Assembly (NCBI GenBank): GCA_052426225.1
Contig: JBNJNM010000021.1
Location: forward strand, 1-64,000
Reading direction: 5' to 3'
Length of the DNA stretch: 64,000 bases
Origin: Zancudomyces culisetae HAW-14-8
Taxonomy: Eukaryota; Fungi; Kickxellomycota
The notes under the pieces are model-generated. The model was not told where the DNA came from and made no database searches. It was given only the letters and a program-made list of their open reading frames with translations. How positions within the stretch are numbered: the stretch's first letter is position 1; each line of letters opens with the position of its first letter. This document shows positions 37,547 through 49,926 of this stretch, in pieces. The position numbers and the translations under genes are program-made.

Positions 37547-37972
37547 TTATGGGAATGACCAGTAAACTGAATTTACAAGACCACCAATTCCATACTGCAT
37601 ATCTGCGGGGGTATACCATACTTGTCTTGATTCGGATCGGCAACTACCATCACATCTTTTTCCAGTGCAGAACGTTATTGTTCCCTCGCCGGGTGTGCCA
37701 CCATTTAGCTTACTTGAATCAATAGGTGGCACCTCGTAGCACCGATTTGGAGTAACTGTTTTGAAACCAATTCTACCTCTAAAGTAACTTTGTGAATACA
37801 ATTCAAGGTCCAAAGTTTTTCCGGGAATCTGATAAACACTACCCACTGAACAGAAATTGCGGTTGTCGTCATCTTGTCTTTTAGAAATGTTTGTCTGGGT
37901 ATCTGGAATGCTAGCACCAGCTACAAGCTTTGAGGCAATCAAAATTGCGGTTGTCAACAAAATATTTACCAT
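37547..37972 (-). CDS. Small secreted beta/gamma-crystallin-like family member 6
   Basis: Paralogue of 25064-25486; YSQSYFRG Greek-key motif; GTITFC-TGKR-CDGSC...SVYW. Confidence 0.9.
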   Translation of the reverse strand: MVNILLTTAILIASKLVAGASIPDTQTNISKRQDDDNRNFCSVGSVYQIPGKTLDLELYSQSYFRGRIGFKTVTPNRCYEVPPIDSSKLNGGTPGEGTITFCTGKRCDGSCRSESRQVWYTPADMQYGIGGLVNSVYWSFP

Positions 37973-40506
37973 CTTATTTTATTTTTTGATTATTTCAAGC
38001 TATTCACCTTTTATCTAGGATAAAATTCTAAACTTTTTTGAATTGTAGAGATAGGATTCATTAAAAAAACTTGGACTTTTTATACTTTTTGTTGTTGTGC
38101 TCCTCTTCTTTGTAAGTATAATGGTGTATAGAATTAAAATTTACTAGTGAAAATAGCTAGATAGCTGGTAACAATGACTTACAACTATTGTCATGATATC
38201 CGAATTAATCGGAAAATCGTTCCTCTATCAGCTCGCTCAGAATAGTACAACTATTTTTAGATCATGAATTAAAAAGTTGATTAATAGGTATCAGAGTTAA
38301 CATTTAATGGGCATAACTTTTTTTATGATACCTAATGTCAATGCTTTTACCTTGATGTTCTCTAAAAATTAAAGAAAAACAAAGGCTTTTACTTAGAGAA
38401 CCAATATTTTTGGTCGTTTGCATTTGAACGAAAGCGAAAAAAAATTATTTTTAGTAATCTATTCCGGTTTTTGAGGGAAATGTGAAATCTAAAAAAAGAA
38501 ATACTACAATGAGTCTAAGAAACACATTTATCACAAACTAGCACAACTCCTAACAACAAAAAAAGACTTATCACAGTATAAACGGTACCGGTGGCATTCA
38601 GGGTTTGTAAAGTATTTATCATGTACTAGATGACCCGAAGTACGCTTGTTTTTTTTTGAAATTGCATATTCTATTTAAATCATATCGTAATCAGCATTTA
38701 TAATTTGTTGAATATGTTGCATATACCTAAATAATTGTGATACGAGGATATTTGTACATGGTTTATGTACCGAGTTCTTTTGATTGGAAGTGTTATTCAA
38801 ATTCTAGCGCTTAATTGATTGGCTTATTTTAAGCAAATAAGGTTATTAACCTCACTTCGGGACTATGTACGAATTCTATTCAAGCCTTTAGAGATAATTG
38901 ACATATTAATTAGGTTCCTCTACATGTTAATTTCAAGACTAGGTAGGCGCATGATTCTAATTTAGGTAATTTAATCTTTTTATAAATAAGATTTAATGAG
39001 CAACTTTTAAAAACAATCTTAAATGTTGAAGGAAAAAGGATCAACATTAAAAACTCGCAATTTCACGATAAATCGAACCGACACCTTGGAGTGTACTATT
39101 GAAACTCCAGTATTTACATACTAAATAAAAACAAGTATGAGGCTAGGGTAGTCTCCTGGTTGACCATGCCACATATAAAGATTAATATTACTTTATTGGG
39201 CTGTGTTTATTTATAATTATAAGCCAGGTGTACTCTTTTTGGTGGAAACATTAGAGTATTTGTCCATTATAGCTATTATTTAGACATTCAAAATAATTTT
39301 ATTCTGTTCTCTTCTATCCTTGGATGATATTTTACACGTTACTTTAGCTTTCAAATAGCTTGGTATCGGGAATTATTAAGGTCATCATTATTAGGTAAAC
39401 TGAAAGCACCATTAGGATAAAATACATCACATTGTGTGATTGGTAATACATCTTGATTTAGAACATGTGCTAATTCTACTCACTTATTAATACCAAAACG
39501 CTTTTGAATAATTTATTAGTGTAAGTTCTACCTTTCCAGAGGCTAGAAACTTGAAATCTACCTTGTCTTTTAGAACGCCCTTTGGTCTTGTTGGGTATGA
39601 GGTGTACTCCTTAGGAAGAGATCAAAAAACGTAATTTTAGATTTATAACAAATTTGTAATTATTACCAATCTAATAATTAAACTCAATGAATGCTTCTTG
39701 TCGGGAAGTATCGAAATAAGGAGTACTATTCCTTGAAATTGCATGAACGGATCATTTTGTCGGTTTTACATCTTTTTCAAGGACGTATAATAGTTTATGG
39801 GTCTAATTTCTCTTTTTAATGGGAATTTTGTGGAATAGTGTTGTTTTTAGATGAATTAAAATATCGCTTTAGATAAACCTTCTCAAGTAGTAAATCGATT
39901 TTGAATGTGTTATTTTTATTATTTTTATTACATAACCGCTTTTACTTGCTGGAATTAAACGCACTTAAATTATCGGAACAGAGTTAGTGTAGTATTAGAT
40001 AAAAATTACAAAATTATTTTCAATCTATCAGTTACAATAAGGGCACCATTCATGAGGAGAAAAAATTGCTCTACTACCTTATAAGATTACTAGTTCTAGT
40101 ATACCACTACATTGTAAGCGAGGCTAGCAAATATAGAAAAGTTGTCAAAGATTAAAATTAGAAACTATGAATTACATAACACCTAAATTATCATTTTTTA
40201 GTACACTTTCATTCAGCCTAATGCTTTGAAACCTAGATGCTTTCTCGACTTTCTAAAAATTGAACACTTTTTAAAATTTATTGAAAACACTACAATTGGT
40301 CACCTTACGCAGTTTCAAGAATATAATAGAGGTTACAGAGAGAAAGGAAAGAGTGTAAAACGTTCAGAATGTTGTTGAAACAAGATGTACATCAACAATT
40401 GAAGTTTCTTTAAGAACCACAAAAAGACATCTTTTAGTCATCATCATTTTCATACTGCATCAGCGCATTAAATTGTCACAATCATAATTAAAATCAAGAA
40501 TCAAAT

Positions 40507-40866
40507 ATGGTAAAGTCAACACTAGCACTTCTCGCGGCCGTAGTTGCCACGTTTCCAGTAAATGCTAAATTTCAAACCCTGCATGCCAAAATATTTTCAG
40601 GATATCGATTTTCTGGTGCTGTTGTGGATGAACTCCACATGGTAAAACATCAATGTTATAATGTTAGACCAGGCAGATCGGCGCAATACCTTAACCCCAC
40701 CGATAGATCAGGAGCACTACTGATGTGTACAGAAAAGGACTGTTGTGGTGTATGTACAACAAACACCGATTTTATAAGAACCGGTCTTTGGGACTTCTAT
40801 TTGGATCTCCCCACACCGCCCCTTTCAATGAAATGGGTAGCATTTGGTCAAGCTGCTAATGAATAA
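40507..40866 (+). CDS. Small secreted beta/gamma-crystallin-like family member 7
   Basis: 100/119 aa identical to 27945-28304. Confidence 0.9.
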   Translation: MVKSTLALLAAVVATFPVNAKFQTLHAKIFSGYRFSGAVVDELHMVKHQCYNVRPGRSAQYLNPTDRSGALLMCTEKDCCGVCTTNTDFIRTGLWDFYLDLPTPPLSMKWVAFGQAANE

Positions 40867-43596
40867 ATTATTACTTTAGAACGTAGTTTAGTTGGCAGTA
40901 AAGTCGTTTTTATTTATTTGGGAGGTATACTTTAATAAAGTATCAATTGTTTCCAAACTGATGAGCATATTAACTATAACTAGTTGAAAATATGACTAGC
41001 TCACACAAAGATGAATTTCACTTTGCCATAAATTTAATAAATATCAAAAAGATTAGTAGGTAAAAAATCTCATATAATATCTACTATGTAATTCTTTGTC
41101 GACTTTCTAGAAGATTACATACCTACTGGTTGTTCGTTCAAAGAGAATATTCTATTTTGAGTAGATCTATGATAACAACCTTGGTTTGAACGATTCTATG
41201 TCAGAAACTCAGTACGTTCAGCTAAACTAAGGATAGTAACTTTGACCATTCCTACACTACCACTTTCCTTCTTTTTTCCTGTCTTTATTATTTCCAGAAT
41301 ATGTTCAAAGAATATTAACTGGTCTGAAGTTCATTCATTTGACTCGGCATAAGATCTTATTGCCTTTATTTTGTTAGAATTATATCTTCAACCTTTAATA
41401 CAACTATTAAATTTTAAATTGTAGGTTCACTACAGTCCTGTAAATTTCATGACATTATACGTTGTATTTCTATTTAAAACCAAATATTAGAATTAATAAA
41501 GCATATTTTATCAATTAGTCTATATCCATGATTTAAATAGTCAAAAAAAATACAACGAGACACAAGCATATAGTATGCTGATAACTTGTTTTTTCTTTTC
41601 TATTTCCAGTATTTGTGTACGCAAATGATGGAAATGGTGGGATCTGGTTTATATAATATTTGTATAAAAAAATAAATACCAATTAAACATATTTCGGTCT
41701 TGTGTATTATTTTTATTATCAATGTTGAGTAATGTACCAAAATGAGTTAGAATTGGAACCAAATAAATAAATTTTATTGATTCTTGTTAGATATAATGAT
41801 ATAAAGCTTTGATTTAAATGAATCGTTTATCCTCCCATCCCAAACTAAATCTGTGGGATCTTTTCTCATTTCAGTTCACAACAGCTGTATAAGGTACTGT
41901 ATTTAGTTTTAAATCTACGAGGTATTAAATATATATTTTTATTATCGAATGAAACATTCAAATTATAATAATATCAAAAAAAACTATAAGAATTGATATA
42001 TCTAGTTATGCTAGAATTGTGTATCTATATTTTAACAGTGCTTTTCTGATAGAATGGTGTTTTTCTTACAGATATCTACCAGATTAGTTAAATCAGTAAA
42101 GATAAAATATTTTAAGACAAACGAGAATATACAACTATCATTGGCGTTGAAGTTAATTTGTCTCTTCAGTGCGATAGAAATAAATTATTTTTAGGGATAA
42201 CCCTATAATATTAAATATTCTTTCCGATATGAAATTAAAATCTACTAAAAAACAATTTATGCTAAAAGTTAAAAGAGTAAAAGAAGCATTTTACACATCC
42301 AGTACATAACTTTGTATGATATTGGTTATATGTGTTGTGGTTAATCCATTTCAAATATCTACTTATATGTCTAGCGTTAATTTCAAATTACGTTTATCTA
42401 GTCGATAAGGTACAATCAAGACATTTGCATTGCTAGTAATCTACAAAGAGATGGATACTCTACTCAAAATATCAGACCAACAACCCAAATGATTTTCATT
42501 TAAACACTTTGAATTTTTGTGTAAAATTTAGAGGAAATTAGTGTATCTCTGTACCAACCACCATCAGTAAGTTGTTATAATAATAGACTGCAGTGTTCAA
42601 ATCAGTAGTCATTTAGCTAGAAGCTATTTTCTAAGGTCTAATCCACCTGTCGATTGATGCTGAAAAAAAATTTTATAAGCATTTATATAGGATATGACAT
42701 ACTATTCTTCAAAAATCTGGTAAGAATTGTGTCGAATCATCGAGCCTATCCTAATAGTATTAGTCAAAATAAAACTAAACTCATAAATCAGCTACTTTTG
42801 TAAACCCTTTTAATTCTACCGGAATATATGCCACTTGAAAAGAGCATGTAAAGTAGATAAATTGAGCAATACTTTACAGGGGCATTATAAATTGCTGCAT
42901 AGAATATGCAAATGATTTAATACACAATTTATGAGAGGTTAGGTGCATAACCCATAAGCTAGGAAGACCACTAATTCTCAAGAAATAATAAAAAGCAAAT
43001 CAAGCCAATTCATTTTATTTACAGTTGGTGGATAATTAAGATGCCACTCTTATGGAACAACTGCTACAAGTTTAGAAAAAAATTACATTGAGCCACTCGA
43101 ATAACCATTTATTATATTAAAAAGAGTGGATATGCAAACTACCCTTAATATGGGTAGCTTTAAATGCTTGGATGTGGATTTTTATGTTATTCGATAATTA
43201 AAACCAACATAAACTGTTTTTTTTCTAAATGGAAATACCAGTATTCTTAAATTCATATATTCCAATACACTGCTAAACCTCAGCAAAGCTGGAAAATATG
43301 TACAGCACCATAATTTTGAACTTGTCATTTTACACTGTTGAAGTGTGAATTTGCGGATTATGATGCACTTTAAAAAACAAAAATATAAAGTATTAAGCTA
43401 GTTGGAATATTCAAACCAAAAAAGTATATAAATCCCTGGTTTCCCTCCAGTTTTTCGAGTACTTTATCAATTACATTCATACTTTGCATAACATAGTAGC
43501 AATCTTAAAATAATTTTTCAAAGTTGAAACTGCAGGTAAAACATCTCGACTGACAATAAAAAAACAACAGTACAGCATATAGTAAAAACACACAAA

Positions 43597-44409
43597 ATGT
43601 TTTCAAAACTCAATCTCGGTGTACTCGTAACCCTGTTTGCAACAGGTGTATACTCCCACATGGCTATGATTAAACCATGTCCAAGATTATCACCAAACAA
43701 CTCGCTGTGTCCGGCTGGTGATCCTGTGGATTACGATATAGCTAAACCGATTGGTACTTCATCTGGAGTCGGTCAACCACTATGTAAAACAGATAAAAAA
43801 TCGTCCAAAAATGTTGAAACATGGACAGCTGGAAGCACAGTAACAGTCAAGTTCCAGCCAGGCGGTGCTGCTCATAGTGGTGGACATTGTCAATTTGCTC
43901 TGTCGTATGATGGTGGAAAGACATTTGTTGTGCTCAAAGATGTGCTCAGGTACTGCTTCTTTAAAGGTCAGACATCTGGAAATAATGCAGAGGTATTGTC
44001 ATATGATATTCCATTACCATCTAATCTTCCATCAAGTAACAGTGCAGTATTTGCATGGACATGGATAAATGCTAGCGGAAATCGCGAGTATTACATGAAT
44101 TGTGCAGATATTGCTATCAAGGGAGTTGATGGGGGTAGTTTTACAGGAAAGAAGTTGTTGATAGCTAATTATGGACCAGGAACACCAGTAGTTGCAGAAT
44201 TCAATGGAAACTACGAAAACGGCGTTGATCTGCTAAATTCAAGACCAAGTATCACTGTCAATGCTGGTGGAGCATCACCACCACCCGCAGGTAGTAGCAC
44301 CTCTGCATCTACAAAGGCTGCTACTAGCACTCCAGTATCACCAAGCAAGTCAACCAGTAGTCCAGCAACCTCAGCATCCGCCGAGTGTTGTGCCTGTCCA
44401 TGCAAATAA
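43597..44409 (+). CDS. Secreted lytic polysaccharide monooxygenase, AA11-like (probably chitin-active)
   Basis: Signal peptide followed by His1 (HMAMIKPCPR); AAHSGGHCQFALSYD; WTWINASGNREYYMNCADI; Ser/Thr/Pro linker and CCACPCK tail. Confidence 0.88.
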   Translation: MFSKLNLGVLVTLFATGVYSHMAMIKPCPRLSPNNSLCPAGDPVDYDIAKPIGTSSGVGQPLCKTDKKSSKNVETWTAGSTVTVKFQPGGAAHSGGHCQFALSYDGGKTFVVLKDVLRYCFFKGQTSGNNAEVLSYDIPLPSNLPSSNSAVFAWTWINASGNREYYMNCADIAIKGVDGGSFTGKKLLIANYGPGTPVVAEFNGNYENGVDLLNSRPSITVNAGGASPPPAGSSTSASTKAATSTPVSPSKSTSSPATSASAECCACPCK

Positions 44410-46629
44410 ATGTTTAGTTTTTCTGTTAGTTTTCAGTATCGACTTTATCTTTTTTTAAAGTCTGCTACTTTAATTAAAATTGTGAATATCGGATTTTATG
44501 TCCGCAGTTTTACCACTATTAGCACATAATAAAATTTAATAATATACCATTATGATTTGGTTGGAAACTTGCACTGTTCTTCAGATAAACTCAGTTATTG
44601 TACCTATCTTATATATTTTGGTTTTTTGATCCATAATGTGTTTATACAACTGTGCATTAATCCATTTCAAAAAGAATAAAAGCAAAATAAAATAATTTCA
44701 AATAACAGTTTCTGTACAGCTCATTAGCCTATTTTAGCGATAATATCGCCAAATATGGGAAGAACAAAACCCAAAAACGAGGAAAATGATGAGAATTCGA
44801 AACAGCCTTCATTAGTGGAGAATAAATATATTAGTATAGCTTTTTTTGACTTTTCTATAACTGAAATGGGATCGTTATACAAATTCCGATATACAACAGT
44901 CGACTAAAGCATTAATAGTAGGAATTTAAATTATGAAGATTGTCATACTTACGGCTAGATTCTAATATTTTATCCTATATTTTCTGTCAAACGTTGTTTT
45001 ATTCGCCTACATACATATTTCAATATGTGAAGATTATTGAGAAAACCATAACTAGTACTATACTTATTCTATACCCCACTACTTTGGTAGCACTATGCGC
45101 GATATCCTCAATTCTATCATCTCCAACTACTATTAAAATGAATATTCAACTTAATTTGCACACCACATCCACGTATTTCTTATTTCTTTTTGTATAATAT
45201 CTAAATATTACCGCTTCTTTTTGGATTAAAGGCAACTAATCCTTCTTGTTCAATGTATCTGAATTTTTAGTGTATGTTTTTTAGTTTCTTGTAGTTGGTT
45301 GAGTTCATCAACGTTTCATTGCCTTTGAAAGCAGGTTATTTTTACACTCATCCAGTATAAACTTGGCAAGAAAATATTTACTGAATTGGCTAGTTAGATC
45401 TGAGGATTAGCAGTTTTCCTATTTTTCTTTGGCACTATTCTAACTACTAGGTTTTCTGTGTTTATTTTTATGTGTTATCCGCAATAAATAGACACAAAAA
45501 GTTATACTTTTGGTACTAGCACTAAAAAAGGATAAATAAACGTTGGTATAGAAACAGTACTACTTCATCATGTAATTTATCAAGTATAATAAAGTTTATA
45601 ATCGTAATGAAAGAGTGTTAATTAAACAAAAAACCAACTTAGTACCAAGGCTCTCTCATTACCCTGCATTCTCCAGAATATTCAAAAGCACTCATTTAAA
45701 CGTAACTGAATCTCGGCTCTTCTAATTTTTTTTATTTTTTTTACTTTTTTCTAGTAGGATTAAATAGTCTCCAATGATAGCAAAGTAAATGATATTGCGG
45801 TAGAAATGAAACCCCACCAAAATGAGTATCGAAGTACTAGCTCCATTTTCTCGAAAGTCTTCTTATTTCATTCTGTTGCTTATAGGGTAGCTCTTGACTT
45901 TTAATAAATAAACTGGCTAGGTTATCTTATTTTTTAAAGTTAATACAAAAAATGATCTACAAATTCACCTTTCTAGACTAGCTATAATAAAATGAATACA
46001 ACATTGAAAATTGTATTATAAAGGTTAGATATCATCAAACAAAGTTGAGCCACAGTCACAACCTCTCTCATCCTATAACCAGGGTTTTCCTTATTTTGTG
46101 GTTTTTTTGAAGCTCAGATAGCGTTTAGCCAGTACAAAAAATAGATTGATGATTTTTCATTCAGTCATCATGGTTTTAATTTAGTGAAATGTCTAGAGTA
46201 GTGTAGCTCAGCTAAAGATAGCATATAACAACAACAACAGATATTCCTGGAACTTATGGATGGGTTTATTCAAATAAACTAAATGTAAAAAGTGACCGAG
46301 AATGCAGTATTATTGCAAAAAATAGAAGTGTTCAAAGATATCATTGTGATATTGCTACTACTCTAGACTGCAATTTTAATAAACTGGACTTACTTCAATA
46401 GAGTTTTACTATTATATTACAGTTTATACAAATTATTAGAATTTGAGTTCGTTATACCATACATTAGTGTGAAAACAATTTAAACTATCAGAATACCACC
46501 TCACTCAAAAGTGTGTAGGGGTAGGGTTCTCTCCTCATAATTTAAAGTACACAACAGCATTCCACCAGAAAAAAAGCAAATACATCAGAGCAACCCAAAT
46601 CAAATCAAAGAAAATCAAACAAAATTAAA

Positions 46630-47090
46630 ATGTTCAAGTCAGTATTAGTCAGTCTTTGCTCCTCGGTTCAACCTTAGCCAGTGCAGTAAACATGAGCGGT
46701 AACCAACAGAATCAGAACAATGATCTTGCTAATTCCGAACACAACAACAATCTCTCTGGCTGTGAATTCAACGATATGCATCGTCGCTGCAAGGCCAAGA
46801 GAACAACTGTTAGATTGTACAAGGCTGCCGGTTTTGTTAACAGATACGAAAAGCGCAGTATCAGACGTGGAAAGTGCTACAACACAAGAAAATTCGGATC
46901 AATTAAGGTCGGAAGAAAGAGTGGATTGGATAAACCAGGAAAGGGAGTAATCTTGGTTTGCAAGGATAAGGATTGTACCGGTAAATGTCAGATAGTCCGT
47001 AGATCATCAGCCAAGACTATTTCCAATATATCCGAAGTTGTAGGAAGAAGAGCTATTTCATTCGCTTGGCTCAGGGTTAAGAGAACCTAA
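46630..47090 (+). CDS. Family member 8, highly cationic; 1-bp frameshift in the signal-peptide region near 46655
   Basis: ATG at 46630 in AAAATG context; one extra T gives MFKSVLVSLLLLGSTLASA. YKAAGFVN, GKCYN, GVILVC-KDKD-CTGKC...SFAW. Confidence 0.82.
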
Positions 47091-49407
47091 TTTATAGGTT
47101 ATAGATTTCATTCATCCAAATAGGCCATTAGATGCATAGTACTTTAATTTTTGCTACAGATTTAAAAAAACATTACCTGAAAAATAGATTTTAAATAAAA
47201 TCGTTTTATAATTAACTCAACTTGCGTTAAAATGGAGATCATGGTATACAAAAACGGATATGATAATATTTTTATAGTGATTGGGTAGATTTTTTGTAAT
47301 ATAAGTATGAGTAGTAGCCAAAGTAAGAATTAAGCTAATATTCTTTGAAAAGTATTTAAAATATATCTGTGATGGCTCCAGTTTGACAGCTAATGACAAT
47401 ACTATTGAAGTAGGATCTCGTGGGTAGCACTAGCATGTTTTGAATATCTTTGCACAAAGGATAAACAAATCCAGCACCACTACTTATGCTCGCATTTCTA
47501 ATAAACAGGTCAAAATCAGATGGGTTTTCCCTGTGTTTTGAATCCGCTGAGAATGAGTATTGAGTTTTGGATACACAGATATTTAGATTATCACTATTGA
47601 GCTGTTGATAATAGATATCTAGTTTTTGAGGCCTGCTTCTTGAGAAGAGGCAATAGATTACGACAAATTAATTTTGCAAAAGAAAGTGCTTTTTATTTGA
47701 GTCAGAGGGCAGATTCTGGATATGCTACTGTGTTGACATTAATAAAACTACCGGTTTTAACGAATCTGTTTAATTCGCTGGTACACTCAATTAAAGATAA
47801 AAGCTATGCAGAGGTTACAAAAATCTATATACACACATCACTAGCTACTTATAGTTCTATATTATTTAATACAATAAAATGTATTTACACCAATTATTCG
47901 ATGTTCAAGATCCAATTGTCGGATTAATATGGCAATAAAAGAATAAGATTCTTTGGTTTAACTTGATCTTTGCGAGAAACCGTATACAATATAGAAAATT
48001 GGACAAAAAGTTGCAATCAGATCAAAAATACATAGAATGATTACAATCACACGACCTCGTTTTACAATGTTAGAAGTATTGATGTGAATACCCTGTATAA
48101 AAGAACACTGGATGACACTGTTCCTAGCATCAACCAGACTTAAGTATGAATGAAAATTTTATCTTTATTTGAGTATTAAGAATAATTTCACCTACCAGAA
48201 TGCAATTATGTGAGTACCATTTTATGTCTCTAATAGAATATTTAACTAATTACTCGTTTTTTGACCATCTTACCATAGCAATACTAGGTTTTTAAAACTG
48301 GGTATACAGGTTTAAAAACTGTATACAAACCGATATTCATTTTTTTTGTTTTTTTTCCAATATTTGAACTAGGCTGGGCATAATTGTATCTGTGTGTTTG
48401 CATAACAATACCAGATTTTAACTTTGTCCAACTAAATATATTTCAATTTCAAAAATATTTACTTGGGTAATATTCGCCTATAAATAGTATAGCTTGACCA
48501 AATAAAAACAGTACTAGTATTTATATTCCAATCCATACCAGTATATTCTTGATTCGACGCCAATATGTTTATTTTAAGATTGACGCATAGTTATTCGAAC
48601 TGAACTATCTAGTTTTTCTGCTACTAGTTTTTCCAGATTCTTAATCTAGTTAATTCATCTACTCTTTTCAAGGTCAATTGTACCTGTCAAATAAAAAATT
48701 CAACTATATAACTCGGCTTGTGAAAACATCAATCTAAACGTATTTTTTAGTCTCATAAAATTAAGCTTCATAAGAATTACTACTCCAAGGGAAATGTTTT
48801 ACAACACCCTGCATCTCACTCGTTTTTCTAAAGATATGACAACTACACGAAAATTGTAGTATTTGCCTTTCTAAATTTATATTTATTACGAACCAACTCA
48901 TATATATGAATACCTGAATTAATGGATTCATTGACCTATTTTAGAGACAGATTGAAAAAAAAGAATATAAAGCTAGTATGAAATAATATTAGATATGTTC
49001 ACAAATCAATATTTCCATATCTTACTGTACTAAATTTGATAATGTTGAATATTGATTGAATAGTACAGATAAGGCTTGAAGGTTTTGTGTGATAAAGATT
49101 TACACTTCGCTTAGTACCAGAAAGTTTAAAATAATAATTAAATCATCCTGAGCAAAAGAAATACTGCTTTTCTCCAAACGACACAACAATATAGCAATTG
49201 ACAAAACCCTGTAGAAAAATCGAGTAAATGAAATACCTATATACAACATTATTAATTCGTAATTCTTTTATTTGCTATTTGTGCGAATATATACATACAT
49301 TTTAAAAAAAGGGAGCATATGATTGAAAAAAAGCAAAACTCATTAATTCTAATTTAAACAGTGTCGATTACTTGGTTGCTATCACCACCATAACCACTTT
49401 TTCCAGC

Positions 49408-49926
49408 TTAGTGACGACCCCCTCTGTGTCCACCTCTGTGACCCCATCTGTGACCGTGTCTGTGTCTGTGTCTTCTACCAAATCTATCAAAGTAAAAGCC
49501 ATCATAGAATGGGTAGTATGATGGGTATGTTTCTACACCAACAACTCCTACTCCACCAACGGCACCAGCTCCGTATGCAGTGTTGACAGCTCCAACTGCT
49601 CCAACTGCTCCAACGGCACCAGCATCATATGTAGTGCCAACAGTGCCAACTGCTCCACTATCATATCCTGTTGCGACGGCTGCACCAGTTCCATAGGTAG
49701 TACCAACAGCTCCAACGGCTCCAACTGTAACTGGTACTGCTACTGCGTATGCAACTGGGTAATCGTACCAGATTCCATTTCTCCAGTATCTGTGTCTGTG
49801 TCTGTATCCTCGGTGGCCGTGACCGTGGCGGCCTCCATGATGTCCTCCGTGACCACCGCTACGTCCTGCAATAGCGGTTCCAGCTGAAAGTGCTAATACG
49901 GTTAGGGAAAGAGTTAATGATTTCAT
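49408..49926 (-). CDS. Secreted low-complexity Gly/His/Arg- and Gly-Ala-Val-repeat protein
   Basis: Signal peptide; TATA ~80 bp upstream; GH/RH-rich ends and a GAV/Tyr repeat core. Confidence 0.88.
   Translation of the reverse strand: MKSLTLSLTVLALSAGTAIAGRSGGHGGHHGGRHGHGHRGYRHRHRYWRNGIWYDYPVAYAVAVPVTVGAVGAVGTTYGTGAAVATGYDSGAVGTVGTTYDAGAVGAVGAVGAVNTAYGAGAVGGVGVVGVETYPSYYPFYDGFYFDRFGRRHRHRHGHRWGHRGGHRGGRH

Larger units (their letters stand above)
37213..41153 (+). repeat. Segmental duplication 2, copy b
   Basis: Colinear with 24758-28612; has a ~65-bp insertion near 38500-38565. Confidence 0.93.
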
